A stretch of DNA of 49,453 nucleotides from contig JAGODO010000001.1 of the NCBI GenBank assembly GCA_017998165.1, forward strand, positions 1-49,453, read 5' to 3'. The notes under the pieces were generated by a model that was given only the letters and a program-made list of their open reading frames with translations, made no database searches and was not told the origin of the DNA. The translations under genes were made by a program, and so were the position numbers. Shown piece after piece: positions 25,864-34,895 of this stretch (positions are counted from its first letter, which is position 1; every line of letters starts with the position of its first letter). The DNA comes from Flavobacteriales bacterium (lineage in GTDB: Bacteria; Bacteroidota; Bacteroidia; Flavobacteriales_F; PHOS-HE28).

Positions 25864-26982
25864 ATGAGAACCTGCCTGTCCGTGATCCTCGCCGCACCGC
25901 TGCTGTGCGGAGGCGTTTGCAAACCCACCATGCTGGGCGGGCCATCGAAACTGGAAGAGATCAAGCTTCCTGCGGGATTCTCCATCGGCGTGTTCGCCGA
26001 GGGGGTGAAGACCGTGCGCGCGATGGCCTACAGCCCCGCCGGTATCATCTATGCCGGATCGAACGACGAAGGCGTCCTGTACGCGATGCCGGACAAGGAC
26101 CATGATGGCGTGGCGGACAGCGTGTACACCATCGCCAGCGGCCTGCAGATGCCGGTCGGTGTGGCTTGGCACAACGGGGACCTGTACTTCTCGGCGGTCA
26201 GCAGGATATCGGTGCTGCGGGATATCGACCGGCACTTGGCCGACCCGCCGGCGCCGGTGATCGTGTACGACAAGTACCCGACCGCCACACACCACGGCTG
26301 GAAATTCATCGGTGTTGGTCCTGACGGCAAATTGTACGTGCCCGTGGGCGCGCCTTGCAACATCTGCCTGAGCGAGGACAGCATCTTCGCCTCCATCACA
26401 CGGCTGAATACCGATGGCACCGGGCTGGAGATCATCGCCCACGGCGTGCGCAACAGCGTCGGTTTCGATTGGGACCCGCGCGACTCGTCCCTCTGGTTCA
26501 CCGAGAACGGCCGCGACTGGATGGGCGACGATATGCCGAGCTGCGAGCTCAACCACCTCAGCGCGACCGGTCAGCATTTCGGTTATCCGTTCTGCCATCA
26601 AGGCGACACGCTCGATCCGGAATTCGGGAAAGGAAAGAGCTGCTCGGGCTACGTACCTCCCATGGCCAAGCTGGGACCACACACCGCACCTCTGGGCATG
26701 CGCTTCTACCGAGGCTCCATGTTCCCGGAAAAATATCGCGGAGCCCTGTTCATCGCCGAACATGGCAGCTGGAACCGGAGCAAGCCTGTCGGCTATCGCA
26801 TCGCGGTGGCGTACCCGGCGGCTGACGGCACCGTTGAGCACGAGGTCTTCGCCGAAGGATGGCTGAGCGGCAGCAGTGCCTGGGGCCGCCCGGTGGACGT
26901 GCAGGAACTTCCCGATGGCTCGTTGCTCGTCAGCGATGATGCCGCCGACAGGATCTATCGCATCACCTACAGCGCACCTTGA
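25864..26982 (+). CDS. PQQ-dependent sugar (glucose/sorbosone) dehydrogenase family protein
   Basis: Six-bladed propeller motifs are present (HHGWKFIGVGPDGKLYVPVGAPCN, AHGVRNSVGFDWDP...LWFTENGRD, GRPVDV...DGSLLVSDD). Signal or lipoprotein-like N-terminus. Confidence 0.8.
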   Translation: MRTCLSVILAAPLLCGGVCKPTMLGGPSKLEEIKLPAGFSIGVFAEGVKTVRAMAYSPAGIIYAGSNDEGVLYAMPDKDHDGVADSVYTIASGLQMPVGVAWHNGDLYFSAVSRISVLRDIDRHLADPPAPVIVYDKYPTATHHGWKFIGVGPDGKLYVPVGAPCNICLSEDSIFASITRLNTDGTGLEIIAHGVRNSVGFDWDPRDSSLWFTENGRDWMGDDMPSCELNHLSATGQHFGYPFCHQGDTLDPEFGKGKSCSGYVPPMAKLGPHTAPLGMRFYRGSMFPEKYRGALFIAEHGSWNRSKPVGYRIAVAYPAADGTVEHEVFAEGWLSGSSAWGRPVDVQELPDGSLLVSDDAADRIYRITYSAP

Positions 26983-27084
26983 AGGTTCTTTTTTCAGTGC
27001 GACGGTGACGCTTCACCCGGCCCCACGTCCGAACGCCGGACTTGGGGAAAGGGAGGATGGGAGAGATCCACCTGGACCCGCAAG

Positions 27085-27110
27085 CGAAGGGCGTCTTCGG
27101 ATGCCCTTCG
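27085..27110 (+). terminator. Stem-loop CGAAGGGC-10 nt-GCCCTTCG in the intergenic region
   Basis: 8-bp perfect inverted repeat about 100 nt downstream of the dehydrogenase stop. Weak T tail (TCATT). Confidence 0.25.
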
Positions 27111-27192
27111 TCATTGGCCGTGTGGAAAACTCATTTGATAGATCCACCGATCCCGGGTCGGCCGCGCCCGCGCACGAGGGCAGCTTTGCCAA

Positions 27193-27681
27193 ATGAAGCA
27201 CTGGTTGTTCCCGGTCGCATGCCTGTTCTGCATCAACCTCCAGGCTCAACGGAGCGGCTTTGGTGCGGGTCTCATCATCGGTGAACCCACGGGGATCTCG
27301 GTGAAAGGATGGATCGCCTCGGACCGCGCCATTGACGGGGCGCTCGCGTGGGACCTCGGACATGGCAGCGCGTTCCGTATCCACGGCGACTACCTGTTCC
27401 ACAAATACGACCTGATCAAGGTCGGGAAAGGCGCGATGCCGTTGTACTACGGGCCTGGTCTGCGCATGCGCTTCTGGAACGATGGCCGGCACTGGCGGCA
27501 TGGTGACTGGTACTACGAACGGGGCAGCATGGATCTGGCCGTGCGCTTTCCCGTGGGCCTGGCGTATCAGTTCGACGGAGCTCCGGTGGATCTCTTCGTG
27601 GAACTGGTCCCTTCGCTGGGGCTGATACCGTCGACCTACTTCGATCTGGACCTGGCCATCGGTGGCCGCTACTGGTTCTGA
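27193..27681 (+). CDS. Small outer-membrane beta-barrel protein (hypothetical)
   Basis: Signal peptide MKHWLFPVACLFCINLQAQ, alternating amphipathic strands and a C-terminal aromatic residue (GGRYWF). Confidence 0.55.
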   Translation: MKHWLFPVACLFCINLQAQRSGFGAGLIIGEPTGISVKGWIASDRAIDGALAWDLGHGSAFRIHGDYLFHKYDLIKVGKGAMPLYYGPGLRMRFWNDGRHWRHGDWYYERGSMDLAVRFPVGLAYQFDGAPVDLFVELVPSLGLIPSTYFDLDLAIGGRYWF

Positions 27682-28319
27682 CGCTTCAATAGCGAACCTT
27701 CAAGCCAGGGGCGCTTGGCGAACGGGCTTTTGTACAGCCACCAGTATGCGGCCCAAGCGGTGCCCGTGCCGATCATCGCGCCGCAGAGCACGTCTTCCGT
27801 GAAATGCTGGGAGAGATAGACGCGGGAGAACGCGAGCAGACCGGAAAGCAAGGCGAGCAGCGCGGCGGGGACCGGACGGCCGATCAGCACCGCGGCGACG
27901 AAACACATGCTGAACGCACAGGTGCTGTGCCCGCTGGGAAAACTGTTGTGGTGGAGCATTTCCACACCGGGCACCAACCGCAGATCGGGCATGCCCCCAA
28001 TGAATGTCGACGGCCGGTCGACGTCGGCGAAGAGCGTGTGCTTGAGCGATTGTGCGATAATGGAACTGCCCAGGACGCTCACAGCGACCATCAAGAACCA
28101 ACGCCAGCGGACGAACAGGAAGGCCAGACCGAACGCGGTAGGTACCAAGCCGTCGGCCAAGTGCGTACCGTACTTGAACCACGGGTCCAGCGCGGGCGTG
28201 GTGATGCGGTTGATGGCGGCATGCAACTCCAGATGACCGTTCAGCAGGACTGCGAAGTACGGCGTCAGCGCGAGCGCGATCACCACTGAAACGAATGTCC
28301 GGACAGACAGGTCACGCAT
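27669..28319 (-). CDS. PAP2 superfamily phosphatase (membrane)
   Basis: PAP2 motifs: KHTLFADVDRP, PSGHS and SRVYLSQHFTEDV. Multiple TM helices. Confidence 0.85.
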   Translation of the reverse strand: MRDLSVRTFVSVVIALALTPYFAVLLNGHLELHAAINRITTPALDPWFKYGTHLADGLVPTAFGLAFLFVRWRWFLMVAVSVLGSSIIAQSLKHTLFADVDRPSTFIGGMPDLRLVPGVEMLHHNSFPSGHSTCAFSMCFVAAVLIGRPVPAALLALLSGLLAFSRVYLSQHFTEDVLCGAMIGTGTAWAAYWWLYKSPFAKRPWLEGSLLKRQNQ

Positions 28320-28322
28320 GCG

Positions 28323-28673
28323 TTGTTCGCCCAGGCTGGTGCCGAGGCGATATGGTCAAATGTATCCGGCGACCGGTTCCGCCACGCCCTTGGCGACGAA
28401 CAACGCATGGTTGATGTCCATGTTCCGCCGTACACCGATCGGGGTATTGCCGGACCGGAGCGCTACGGGAACATTCGCCTCATCAAACCACACAGCATGT
28501 CGACCACGGGAAAGCGCTTCGCGAAACGCACCAGCGACAAGGGGATCCACCGCGTGCTCGACGCGCGCACGAAAGCCGTTCTGAACGCGGTCCTGGACGA
28601 GCGTCGGGGCCATTCCCTGGCCGCCTGGTTGCGCGCCATGGACCGCGATCCGGCACGCGCCGACCGGGGTTGA
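28323..28673 (+). CDS. Uncertain small ORF; coding strand unresolved against the overlapping ORF 28356-28679 (-)
   Basis: Both ORFs have elevated third-position GC. The + frame looks slightly higher and would converge with the giant gene on the hairpin at 28682-28707. The - frame would fit an operon between the giant gene and PAP2. I recognise no family for either. Confidence 0.25.
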   Translation: MFAQAGAEAIWSNVSGDRFRHALGDEQRMVDVHVPPYTDRGIAGPERYGNIRLIKPHSMSTTGKRFAKRTSDKGIHRVLDARTKAVLNAVLDERRGHSLAAWLRAMDRDPARADRG

Positions 28674-28681
28674 ACCCACGA

Positions 28682-28707
28682 AGAAGGGGGCCCGTGGGCC
28701 CCCTTCT
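28682..28707. terminator. Strong GC-rich hairpin (11-bp stem AGAAGGGGGCC / GGCCCCCTTCT, 4-nt loop)
   Basis: Perfect inverted repeat 19 nt downstream of the stop of the 28726-32439 gene on the minus strand. Confidence 0.6.
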
Positions 28708-28725
28708 ATGCCTCTGCCCGCAATG

Positions 28726-31700
28726 TCATGGTAGCTGCTGCGTGCGTATGTTGTTCGGTGTGTTGCCGCCGATGTTGACGATGATGGGGTCGCGGTCGTT
28801 GGCTGTTCCGGTGTACTTCACCTGCCCGTCCAAGGTGATGTCGGATTGCACGTAACCACTGATGATGTTGTTCGGGGTGGTGGACCCCACCGCCACCAGG
28901 ATGGGATCACGGTCGTTGCCGGTGCCGGTATACTTCAGCACATTGTCGCGCGCCACGTTGCCGCTCCAAAGACCCATGCGTCCCGGATTCACGATGGCGC
29001 GGGCATCCGTTCCGTAGGTGCTGGTGAATGGTTGGGTGAAATCCAAGGTCGCCGCGTTGGCGCCGAGGGCTTGTGCCGTTCCGGTCATTACGCCGAGACT
29101 GTTGCGGTGCCGCACGGCCACATGGTAGTTCCCGTTGGCCACGTTGAACAGCAACCGGCTGTAGCCATTGGTGCCCACGATATCACCGTCGCGTTGCAAC
29201 AAAGCGCTGCGCGTTGCGATGATGGTGGAGGGTGTGGTCGCATTGCGCAGTTCGACGAGCACCCAGTCCACGACGGCGTTCTTGCCGGTAATGGCGAGGG
29301 TGGCCCCGCTCACCGTTTCACCGCCGCCGCCGCCCACATGCGTGAAGCCCAGGCCTGTGAAGGGCTCCGTCGTGGGAACCAGGGAAGCGGCCCGCAGATC
29401 GTCGCGCATCAGGTTGTTTGACGTGTTGAACGCCCCTTGCAGGTTCGCGCGCAGGATGACGCTCGGCACACAATCCTGCCAGCGCGCGAGCACCGATCCG
29501 GGGATCACCGTGCGCGTGCTGTTCGTGGGCGTCTGCCAATAGAGCGAGACGTTGTCGCCACCGGCCCCTTCCTTGTGCAGCATTTCCACATAGTAGTAGC
29601 GTCCGGCCACCAGGGGGATCGAGGCGCTCGTCTGCTCAGGATACTTGGTGAACTCGGCCACGTTCGTCCACTCCGGTACGCTGCAGATCTGCACCTTGTA
29701 GGCCGGTTCCGCGTTCAGGCTCAGGTAAACGACGGAGGCATCATCGCTACAGGTGGTGAAGACATAGTTGCCGGTCGTGGGAGCGATGATGTAACCGCGG
29801 AAACGCGTGCCGTAGTTGTCACCGATCTCTGCCCCTCCGGTGAACGATGTCGGGTAGTTGGTGCTGCTGGGTGAGTTCGGATAGTTGGGTGAAGCGGTCA
29901 GATTCGGCACATAGCTGCCCGTGATGTTGTTCCACACCTGGCGCATGATGCTGCCCGAGGCGCCCACGCACTGCGGAGCGGCGTAGCTGATCACGCTGAT
30001 CACCTTGGTGGCGGTGCCGGTAAGGCCGGTATTGTCGGTCACGGTGAGGGTCACATAGTAGTCGCCCACATCGGTGAACGTCTTGTTCTGGGTGACTCCC
30101 GAAGCGGATGTGCCGTCACCGAAATCCCATACGTAACTGACGATACTGCCGTTGTCGGAACTGGACGCGCCGCTCAGGGTCACGTTCAACGGGCCGGGGC
30201 CGAAGTTGACACTGCTGAAAATGGCCGCCGTGGGTGCGATGCTCGTGCAGCGCGGATAGAGCCAGTTGGTGACCGTTGTGCTCAAGCCGGCGGCGTCGGT
30301 CACCTTCAGTTTCACCTCGTAGTAGAAGTCGTCCGTGTAACAGCCTTCACCGGTGATGACCGTGCTCCCGGTAGGCTGGGTGGTCGGTGTCTCCGGATGC
30401 GAGTGATTGTTGTGGTGCAGAATGGTCTGCCACTGATAGGCGATCTGTGCCGGGGTGTGCTCAAGGTCGGTCACGTTGGCCGTGAGCGCATAGGTGGTAT
30501 CCACTCCCGGCGGATACAGATGTCCATTGGGGAAGCTGGTGATCGTCGGCTGCGGCGGGGTGTTGTTCACGCTCACCAACAGCGTGGTCTGGTTGGTGAG
30601 GCCGCCGACATCGGTCACGGTGAGCGTAACGGTGTAGCTGGTCGGCTGGCTCGTTCCCGGGGTGAATGTGTGATTGATGGTCTGGCCTGTGCCGGTGAAG
30701 CTGTCACCGAAATTCCAGGAGTAGGTCAGCGCCCCGTTCTCCGGATCACTGCTGCTGGCGGCGTTGAAACCGACGGTGAGCGGGCCCGGACCGTATTGCA
30801 CGGTCTGGGTGGCGGCCGCTACCGGCGGGAGATTCGTGACACCGATGGGCGAGACCTTCCAAATGGCGTTGGCCTCGTACTTCACGTACCACAAGGCGCC
30901 ATCCGGTCCCTGGTTCATGAACACGACGGCCCCAAGAGCTCCACCGAAGTTCGCCACGGAAACCGGCTGCTCTTGTGCGTTGAAGGCGAACTTCTTGATC
31001 CATGCACCGCCGTAGTCCCCGTGCATGTAGACGTTCTGGTAGCCGGTGGGCCAGCCCAAACCGGTGATCCATGTTCCTCCAACAGAGGCGTTCCCTCCGA
31101 ACCGCGGCCCGGGAACCGGGGCACCTACTGCGTCCAAGTCATAGGTAACGGCCGTGTTCCCGCTGAAGCCCATGCTGCGGCTGCGATTGCCATGCTGCCA
31201 ATCGATGGCCGGTCGGGAATGGAAGAAATGCGGGATCACCGTGGGCACCTGCACCGCGCTGTTACAGGGGTTGGGGTGTCCGTTGATATGCACGGGCACG
31301 TCCTGCTTGATCAGGTCCTGGAAATAGAAGTACTGCTGTGAACATCCACCGATGCCATAGAGCGGGTTCGGAGCATCCTGGTTGTAAGTGAGGGCGTTCA
31401 TGTAGCCGTCGTTCTGTTCGCCTCCTTCGAAGATGGGCCAGCCGAAGTTCATACCGCCCTCATAGCACACATGGAGATCCTCCCAGGTGGCCCAGCCCAC
31501 ATCGCCGATATAGAACGCCCCTGGGTTGCCATCGGCCGGGTTGGAACTCCCCGTGCCCGGCCGACGCGTCATGCGGAAGGGATTCCGCAGGCCCATGGCC
31601 CATACCCGGCTTCGCGGCGCACGCGGCGCGGTGGGGTCGTAATAGGGATTGCTCGGTATACCGTCACCCGTATTGGGGTCGATGCGCAGCAGCTTGCCGT

Positions 31701-32439
31701 TGTGGCAGTCCACGAGTTGGGAACGCATGGCGCCCACGTTCTCCTTCGGCTTTAGGATGCTGTCGGTGAGCGCCTGGCTGAAATAGGTCCCGCCATCACT
31801 TCCCACATCCACGTTGTTGTAGCTGGCCCCATCCCCTACCGTGGCGAGCAGGGTTCCGTCCGCGCCGAACACCAGTTGGCCGGTGCTGTGCGATTCGTGC
31901 AAAAGGGGCACCCCGGTCTTTCTTGTTTCTCCCAACAACACCAGCCGGCTGTTGTAGTCGACCGTGTTGTAGCTGGGTCCGATGGCGGTGTAACGCGAGA
32001 TGCGCATGATCGTGGCCGCATAGTACTGGTTGGTGGCCGCGTTGTAGTTGGGTGTTCCGAAGTTCATCAGGTGGTGCCGGTCCACCGCGTACATCAGGTA
32101 GATCTTCCCGTTCGTCAGGAAGTTCGGGTCCAGCGTGAAGCCCAGCAGGCCATGGTCGCGCCAGCCCCCCACCTCGTCGCTGATGTCGATCAGCGGTTGT
32201 GCGAGCCGCACTCCGTTCTCCACGATCCACACTTTGCCGTTGCGCTCCCACACATACCATCGCCCGTTGGCGTCGAAGGTGAACCCTACCGGTTCGGTCC
32301 AACCGGCCATGACCAAGGCATTGTTGAAGCCCGAAGGAACGGTTTGCGCTTGTGTTCCAAGGTTACCTGCGAGCCACAAGCAGGCCGCGAACAGGAAGGT
32401 CGAAAAGCGCTTGGGGAAGAGTGCGGCGGGGATGTTCAT
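28726..32439 (-). CDS. Giant secreted multidomain protein: glucose/sorbosone dehydrogenase-like propeller + PKD repeats + PA14 + unusual C-terminal module
   Basis: - Signal peptide from the internal ATG (MNIPAALFPKRFSTFLFAACLWLAGNLGTQAQ).
- GSDH-like N-terminal ~550 aa (GWRDHGLLGFTLDPNF).
- PKD domains (YSWNFGD..., YVWDFGDGTS...VTLTVTDNTGL).
- PA14 (RFRGYIIAPTTGNYVFTTCSDDASVVYL...YYVEMLHKEGAGGDNVSLYW).
- The C-terminus has DWVLVELR and two KYTGTxNDRDPI repeats, and no T9SS CTD. Confidence 0.8.
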   Translation of the reverse strand: MNIPAALFPKRFSTFLFAACLWLAGNLGTQAQTVPSGFNNALVMAGWTEPVGFTFDANGRWYVWERNGKVWIVENGVRLAQPLIDISDEVGGWRDHGLLGFTLDPNFLTNGKIYLMYAVDRHHLMNFGTPNYNAATNQYYAATIMRISRYTAIGPSYNTVDYNSRLVLLGETRKTGVPLLHESHSTGQLVFGADGTLLATVGDGASYNNVDVGSDGGTYFSQALTDSILKPKENVGAMRSQLVDCHNGKLLRIDPNTGDGIPSNPYYDPTAPRAPRSRVWAMGLRNPFRMTRRPGTGSSNPADGNPGAFYIGDVGWATWEDLHVCYEGGMNFGWPIFEGGEQNDGYMNALTYNQDAPNPLYGIGGCSQQYFYFQDLIKQDVPVHINGHPNPCNSAVQVPTVIPHFFHSRPAIDWQHGNRSRSMGFSGNTAVTYDLDAVGAPVPGPRFGGNASVGGTWITGLGWPTGYQNVYMHGDYGGAWIKKFAFNAQEQPVSVANFGGALGAVVFMNQGPDGALWYVKYEANAIWKVSPIGVTNLPPVAAATQTVQYGPGPLTVGFNAASSSDPENGALTYSWNFGDSFTGTGQTINHTFTPGTSQPTSYTVTLTVTDVGGLTNQTTLLVSVNNTPPQPTITSFPNGHLYPPGVDTTYALTANVTDLEHTPAQIAYQWQTILHHNNHSHPETPTTQPTGSTVITGEGCYTDDFYYEVKLKVTDAAGLSTTVTNWLYPRCTSIAPTAAIFSSVNFGPGPLNVTLSGASSSDNGSIVSYVWDFGDGTSASGVTQNKTFTDVGDYYVTLTVTDNTGLTGTATKVISVISYAAPQCVGASGSIMRQVWNNITGSYVPNLTASPNYPNSPSSTNYPTSFTGGAEIGDNYGTRFRGYIIAPTTGNYVFTTCSDDASVVYLSLNAEPAYKVQICSVPEWTNVAEFTKYPEQTSASIPLVAGRYYYVEMLHKEGAGGDNVSLYWQTPTNSTRTVIPGSVLARWQDCVPSVILRANLQGAFNTSNNLMRDDLRAASLVPTTEPFTGLGFTHVGGGGGETVSGATLAITGKNAVVDWVLVELRNATTPSTIIATRSALLQRDGDIVGTNGYSRLLFNVANGNYHVAVRHRNSLGVMTGTAQALGANAATLDFTQPFTSTYGTDARAIVNPGRMGLWSGNVARDNVLKYTGTGNDRDPILVAVGSTTPNNIISGYVQSDITLDGQVKYTGTANDRDPIIVNIGGNTPNNIRTQQLP

Positions 32440-32572
32440 CGGGGAGTTCAGCTGATAGGCCGCCGAAATTACCCCATACATCTATGCGGGGCAAGGCTCT
32501 GATAAGGTCACCGCAGCGGCCGGACATCGGCTGGACTTGGCTTGGCCTTGTTACCTTGGCGTTCGATCGGGA

Positions 32573-32842
32573 ATGCACCATATCAACCTTCGTATTACCG
32601 GCAAGGTGCAAGGGGTCTGGTACCGCAAAAGCGCCGAGGAGGAAGCCCTGCGTCTCGGCGTAACAGGCTTCGCCATGAACCTGCCTGACGGGAGCGTTCG
32701 CATAGAAGCGGAAGGATTGCGGGAAGCACTCGGTCGGTTCGTGGCGTGGTGCCGGACCGGGCCACCGAGGGCCGTCGTGGAGAACGTCGCGGTGATGGAT
32801 GGCCCGCTTGTCGGGTATCCGGATTTCGAGACACGGCGATGA
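32573..32842 (+). CDS. acyP: Acylphosphatase
   Basis: ITGKVQGVWYRKSAEEEALRLGVTGFAMNLPDGSV matches the acylphosphatase signature (GxVQGVxFR ... GWVxNxxDG). Confidence 0.85.
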   Translation: MHHINLRITGKVQGVWYRKSAEEEALRLGVTGFAMNLPDGSVRIEAEGLREALGRFVAWCRTGPPRAVVENVAVMDGPLVGYPDFETRR

Positions 32843-32936
32843 TCCACTGTTGCGATCCGCTGACCGTCACCCTCTGACGGGCAGATACATTCGCGGCCTC
32901 GTTCGCCAAAACCTATGCAGGCGGACCTTCTGACGC

Positions 32937-34079
32937 ATGAAGTCCTATCCTCTCCTCCTCCTGTTGCTGCCCATGATGGGCTGTGCCGGCGTCAACGACC
33001 CGACCGCGCTGACCGTTGGCGCACAGTCCGTGCATACCGACAGCCTCGCGGCCGCTCCTCCGGGGATCGATTGGAACGCGGACAGCCTGATCGCGCCTGA
33101 GGAGAAACACTTCGCGCACCTGCGCAAACTCACCTACGGCGGGAACAATGCGGAAGCCTACTGGAGCTTTGATGGGAAGATGCTCAGTTTCCAATCCGAC
33201 TTCGCCGATTGGGGTCATGGTTGCGACCAGATCCATGTATTCGATCCGTTCCATGATGACCTGAGCAAAGGCGCCCCGCCGCAATTGAGCCTGAACGGAG
33301 GGCGGACCACCTGCAGCTACTTCCTCCCGGGCGACAGCCTGGTGCTCTTCGCCAGTACCGAAAGCGGCGGCAAAGAGTGCCCGCACACCGCACCGCACAC
33401 CCCTGGAGGAAAGTACTTGTGGAACATCTACAAGGATTATGACATCTACGTGAGCGACCTGAAGGGACGGCGCCGCGCGCAGTTGACGAAAACGCTCGGC
33501 TACGATGCCGAAGCGACCATTTCACCCAAGGGGGACCGCATCGTGTTCACCAGCGTGCGCGATGGCGACCTGGACCTCTACACGATGAACATCGACGGCT
33601 CGGATGTGAAGCGGGTGACCACCGATCTGGGCTACGACGGCGGCGCGTTCTTCAGTCCGGATGGCAGCATGTTGTGCTGGCGTGCTTCGCGGCCAAAAAC
33701 GCGCGACGAAGTGAAGGAGTACACCGACCTCTTGAAGCAGGGCCTCGTTCAACCGACCAGCATGGAGCTCTTTATCGCCAACGCCGACGGCTCTGGTGCG
33801 CACGCCATCACCTCGCTCGGCAAGGCGAACTGGGCACCTAGCTGGAGCCACGATGGCAAGAAGCTCATCTTCGCCAGCAACCACACCAGCGAGCGCGGCT
33901 TCCCCTTCACCCTGTACATGATCAACACGGACGGCACAGGTCTGGAACAAGTCTCTTTCTCCGATGCCTTCGATGCCTTTCCGATGTTCAGCCCGAACGG
34001 ACGCTACATGGCCTTCAGCAGCAACCGCGGCGGGAAGAACCGCGAGACGAACCTTTTCCTGGCGGAGTGGAAAGACTGA
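32937..34079 (+). CDS. Lipoprotein with WD40-like PD40 (TolB-type) beta-propeller repeats
   Basis: Lipobox LLPMMGC. Repeated PD40 motifs (SPKGDRIVFTS, FFSPDGSMLCW, PSWSHDGKKLIFAS, MFSPNGRYMAFSS). Confidence 0.75.
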   Translation: MKSYPLLLLLLPMMGCAGVNDPTALTVGAQSVHTDSLAAAPPGIDWNADSLIAPEEKHFAHLRKLTYGGNNAEAYWSFDGKMLSFQSDFADWGHGCDQIHVFDPFHDDLSKGAPPQLSLNGGRTTCSYFLPGDSLVLFASTESGGKECPHTAPHTPGGKYLWNIYKDYDIYVSDLKGRRRAQLTKTLGYDAEATISPKGDRIVFTSVRDGDLDLYTMNIDGSDVKRVTTDLGYDGGAFFSPDGSMLCWRASRPKTRDEVKEYTDLLKQGLVQPTSMELFIANADGSGAHAITSLGKANWAPSWSHDGKKLIFASNHTSERGFPFTLYMINTDGTGLEQVSFSDAFDAFPMFSPNGRYMAFSSNRGGKNRETNLFLAEWKD

Positions 34080-34090
34080 ATGACCGGTGT

Positions 34091-34120
34091 CCATGTGGTC
34101 ATGTGACCATGTGCACATGG
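34091..34120. promoter_or_regulatory. Cluster of CATGTG-based palindromes (candidate operator)
   Basis: The sequence is CCATGTGGTCATGTGACCATGTGCACATGG. GGTCATGTGACC (34097-34108) is an inverted repeat. CCATGTGCACATGG (34107-34120) is a perfect 14-bp palindrome. The cluster lies in the 63-nt intergenic region upstream of the 34143 ORF. Confidence 0.3.
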
Positions 34121-34142
34121 ATGCGACCGCGATATTCGCGCC

Positions 34143-34451
34143 GTGGGCGAAGCAGGAACAGGATGGCGTGATCGACTGGCGCGGCGATGGGGGGTGTCCC
34201 CACAACGCGTGCTCATCATCCTGCTTGTCTTCGCTTGTACGGGGTGTACGGTGCTGTTCTTGAAGGAGCCTCTGACCGCAAGGGTCGCCGGCGATGGCGA
34301 AAAGCCGCTGTGGTTCTCCGTCCTCTATTACGTTCTGGTCCTCCCCTTCTACAACGTGCTGCTCCTGGCCTACGGGGCGCTCTTCGGGCAATTCAGGTTC
34401 TTCTGGGAGTTCGAGAAGCGCTTCTTCCGGCGACTTTCCGGCAGGCGCTGA
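34143..34451 (+). CDS. Small two-TM membrane protein (DUF6787-like, recollection)
   Basis: GTG start. The pattern RWGVSPQRVLIILLVFACTGCTVLFLK...VLVLPFYNVLLLAYGALFGQFRFFWEFEKR is typical of a small conserved Bacteroidota membrane protein. Confidence 0.5.
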   Translation: MGEAGTGWRDRLARRWGVSPQRVLIILLVFACTGCTVLFLKEPLTARVAGDGEKPLWFSVLYYVLVLPFYNVLLLAYGALFGQFRFFWEFEKRFFRRLSGRR

Positions 34452-34895
34452 TCACCTGAGCGCACGCACTACGCGCACAGCTTCGCGCGTCTGGTTCTTC
34501 TTCAAGCGGCATTCCCACACGGTGAGCACCTTCCACCCTGCTCTCTTCAGTTCCTTCGATTTTCGTTCGTCACGTGCCACGTTCGTTGCCAACTTGTTCT
34601 TCCACCAGGTGCGGTTCGTCTTCGGCGTGTAGCGCTGGCAATGCGGGCAACAGTGCCAGAAGCAGCCGTGCACGAACACCGCGACTTTCCGACCCACGAA
34701 GGTGATGTCCGGACGCCCCGGCGTGGTGGCATGATGCAATCGATATCCTTTCACCCCTGCCGCGCTCAGGGCTGAGCGCATCAACTGCTCCGGTTTCGTG
34801 TTCTTCGACCGGATACGGCTCATCACCGCGCTGACCTGTGCGTTCTTGGGCCTGGGTGAACGCTTGTCGCGGATGTATGAACGTGCGGCGAGCAC
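34452..34895 (-). CDS. vsr: Very short patch repair endonuclease
   Basis: Motifs present: MSRIRSKNTKPE, GRPDITFVGRKVAVFVHGCFWHCCPHC (catalytic Asp plus Zn ligands), WWKNKLATNVARD and VLTVWEC. The GTG start overlaps the TAG of the upstream gene by 1 nt. Confidence 0.85.
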   Translation of the reverse strand: MLAARSYIRDKRSPRPKNAQVSAVMSRIRSKNTKPEQLMRSALSAAGVKGYRLHHATTPGRPDITFVGRKVAVFVHGCFWHCCPHCQRYTPKTNRTWWKNKLATNVARDERKSKELKRAGWKVLTVWECRLKKNQTREAVRVVRALR

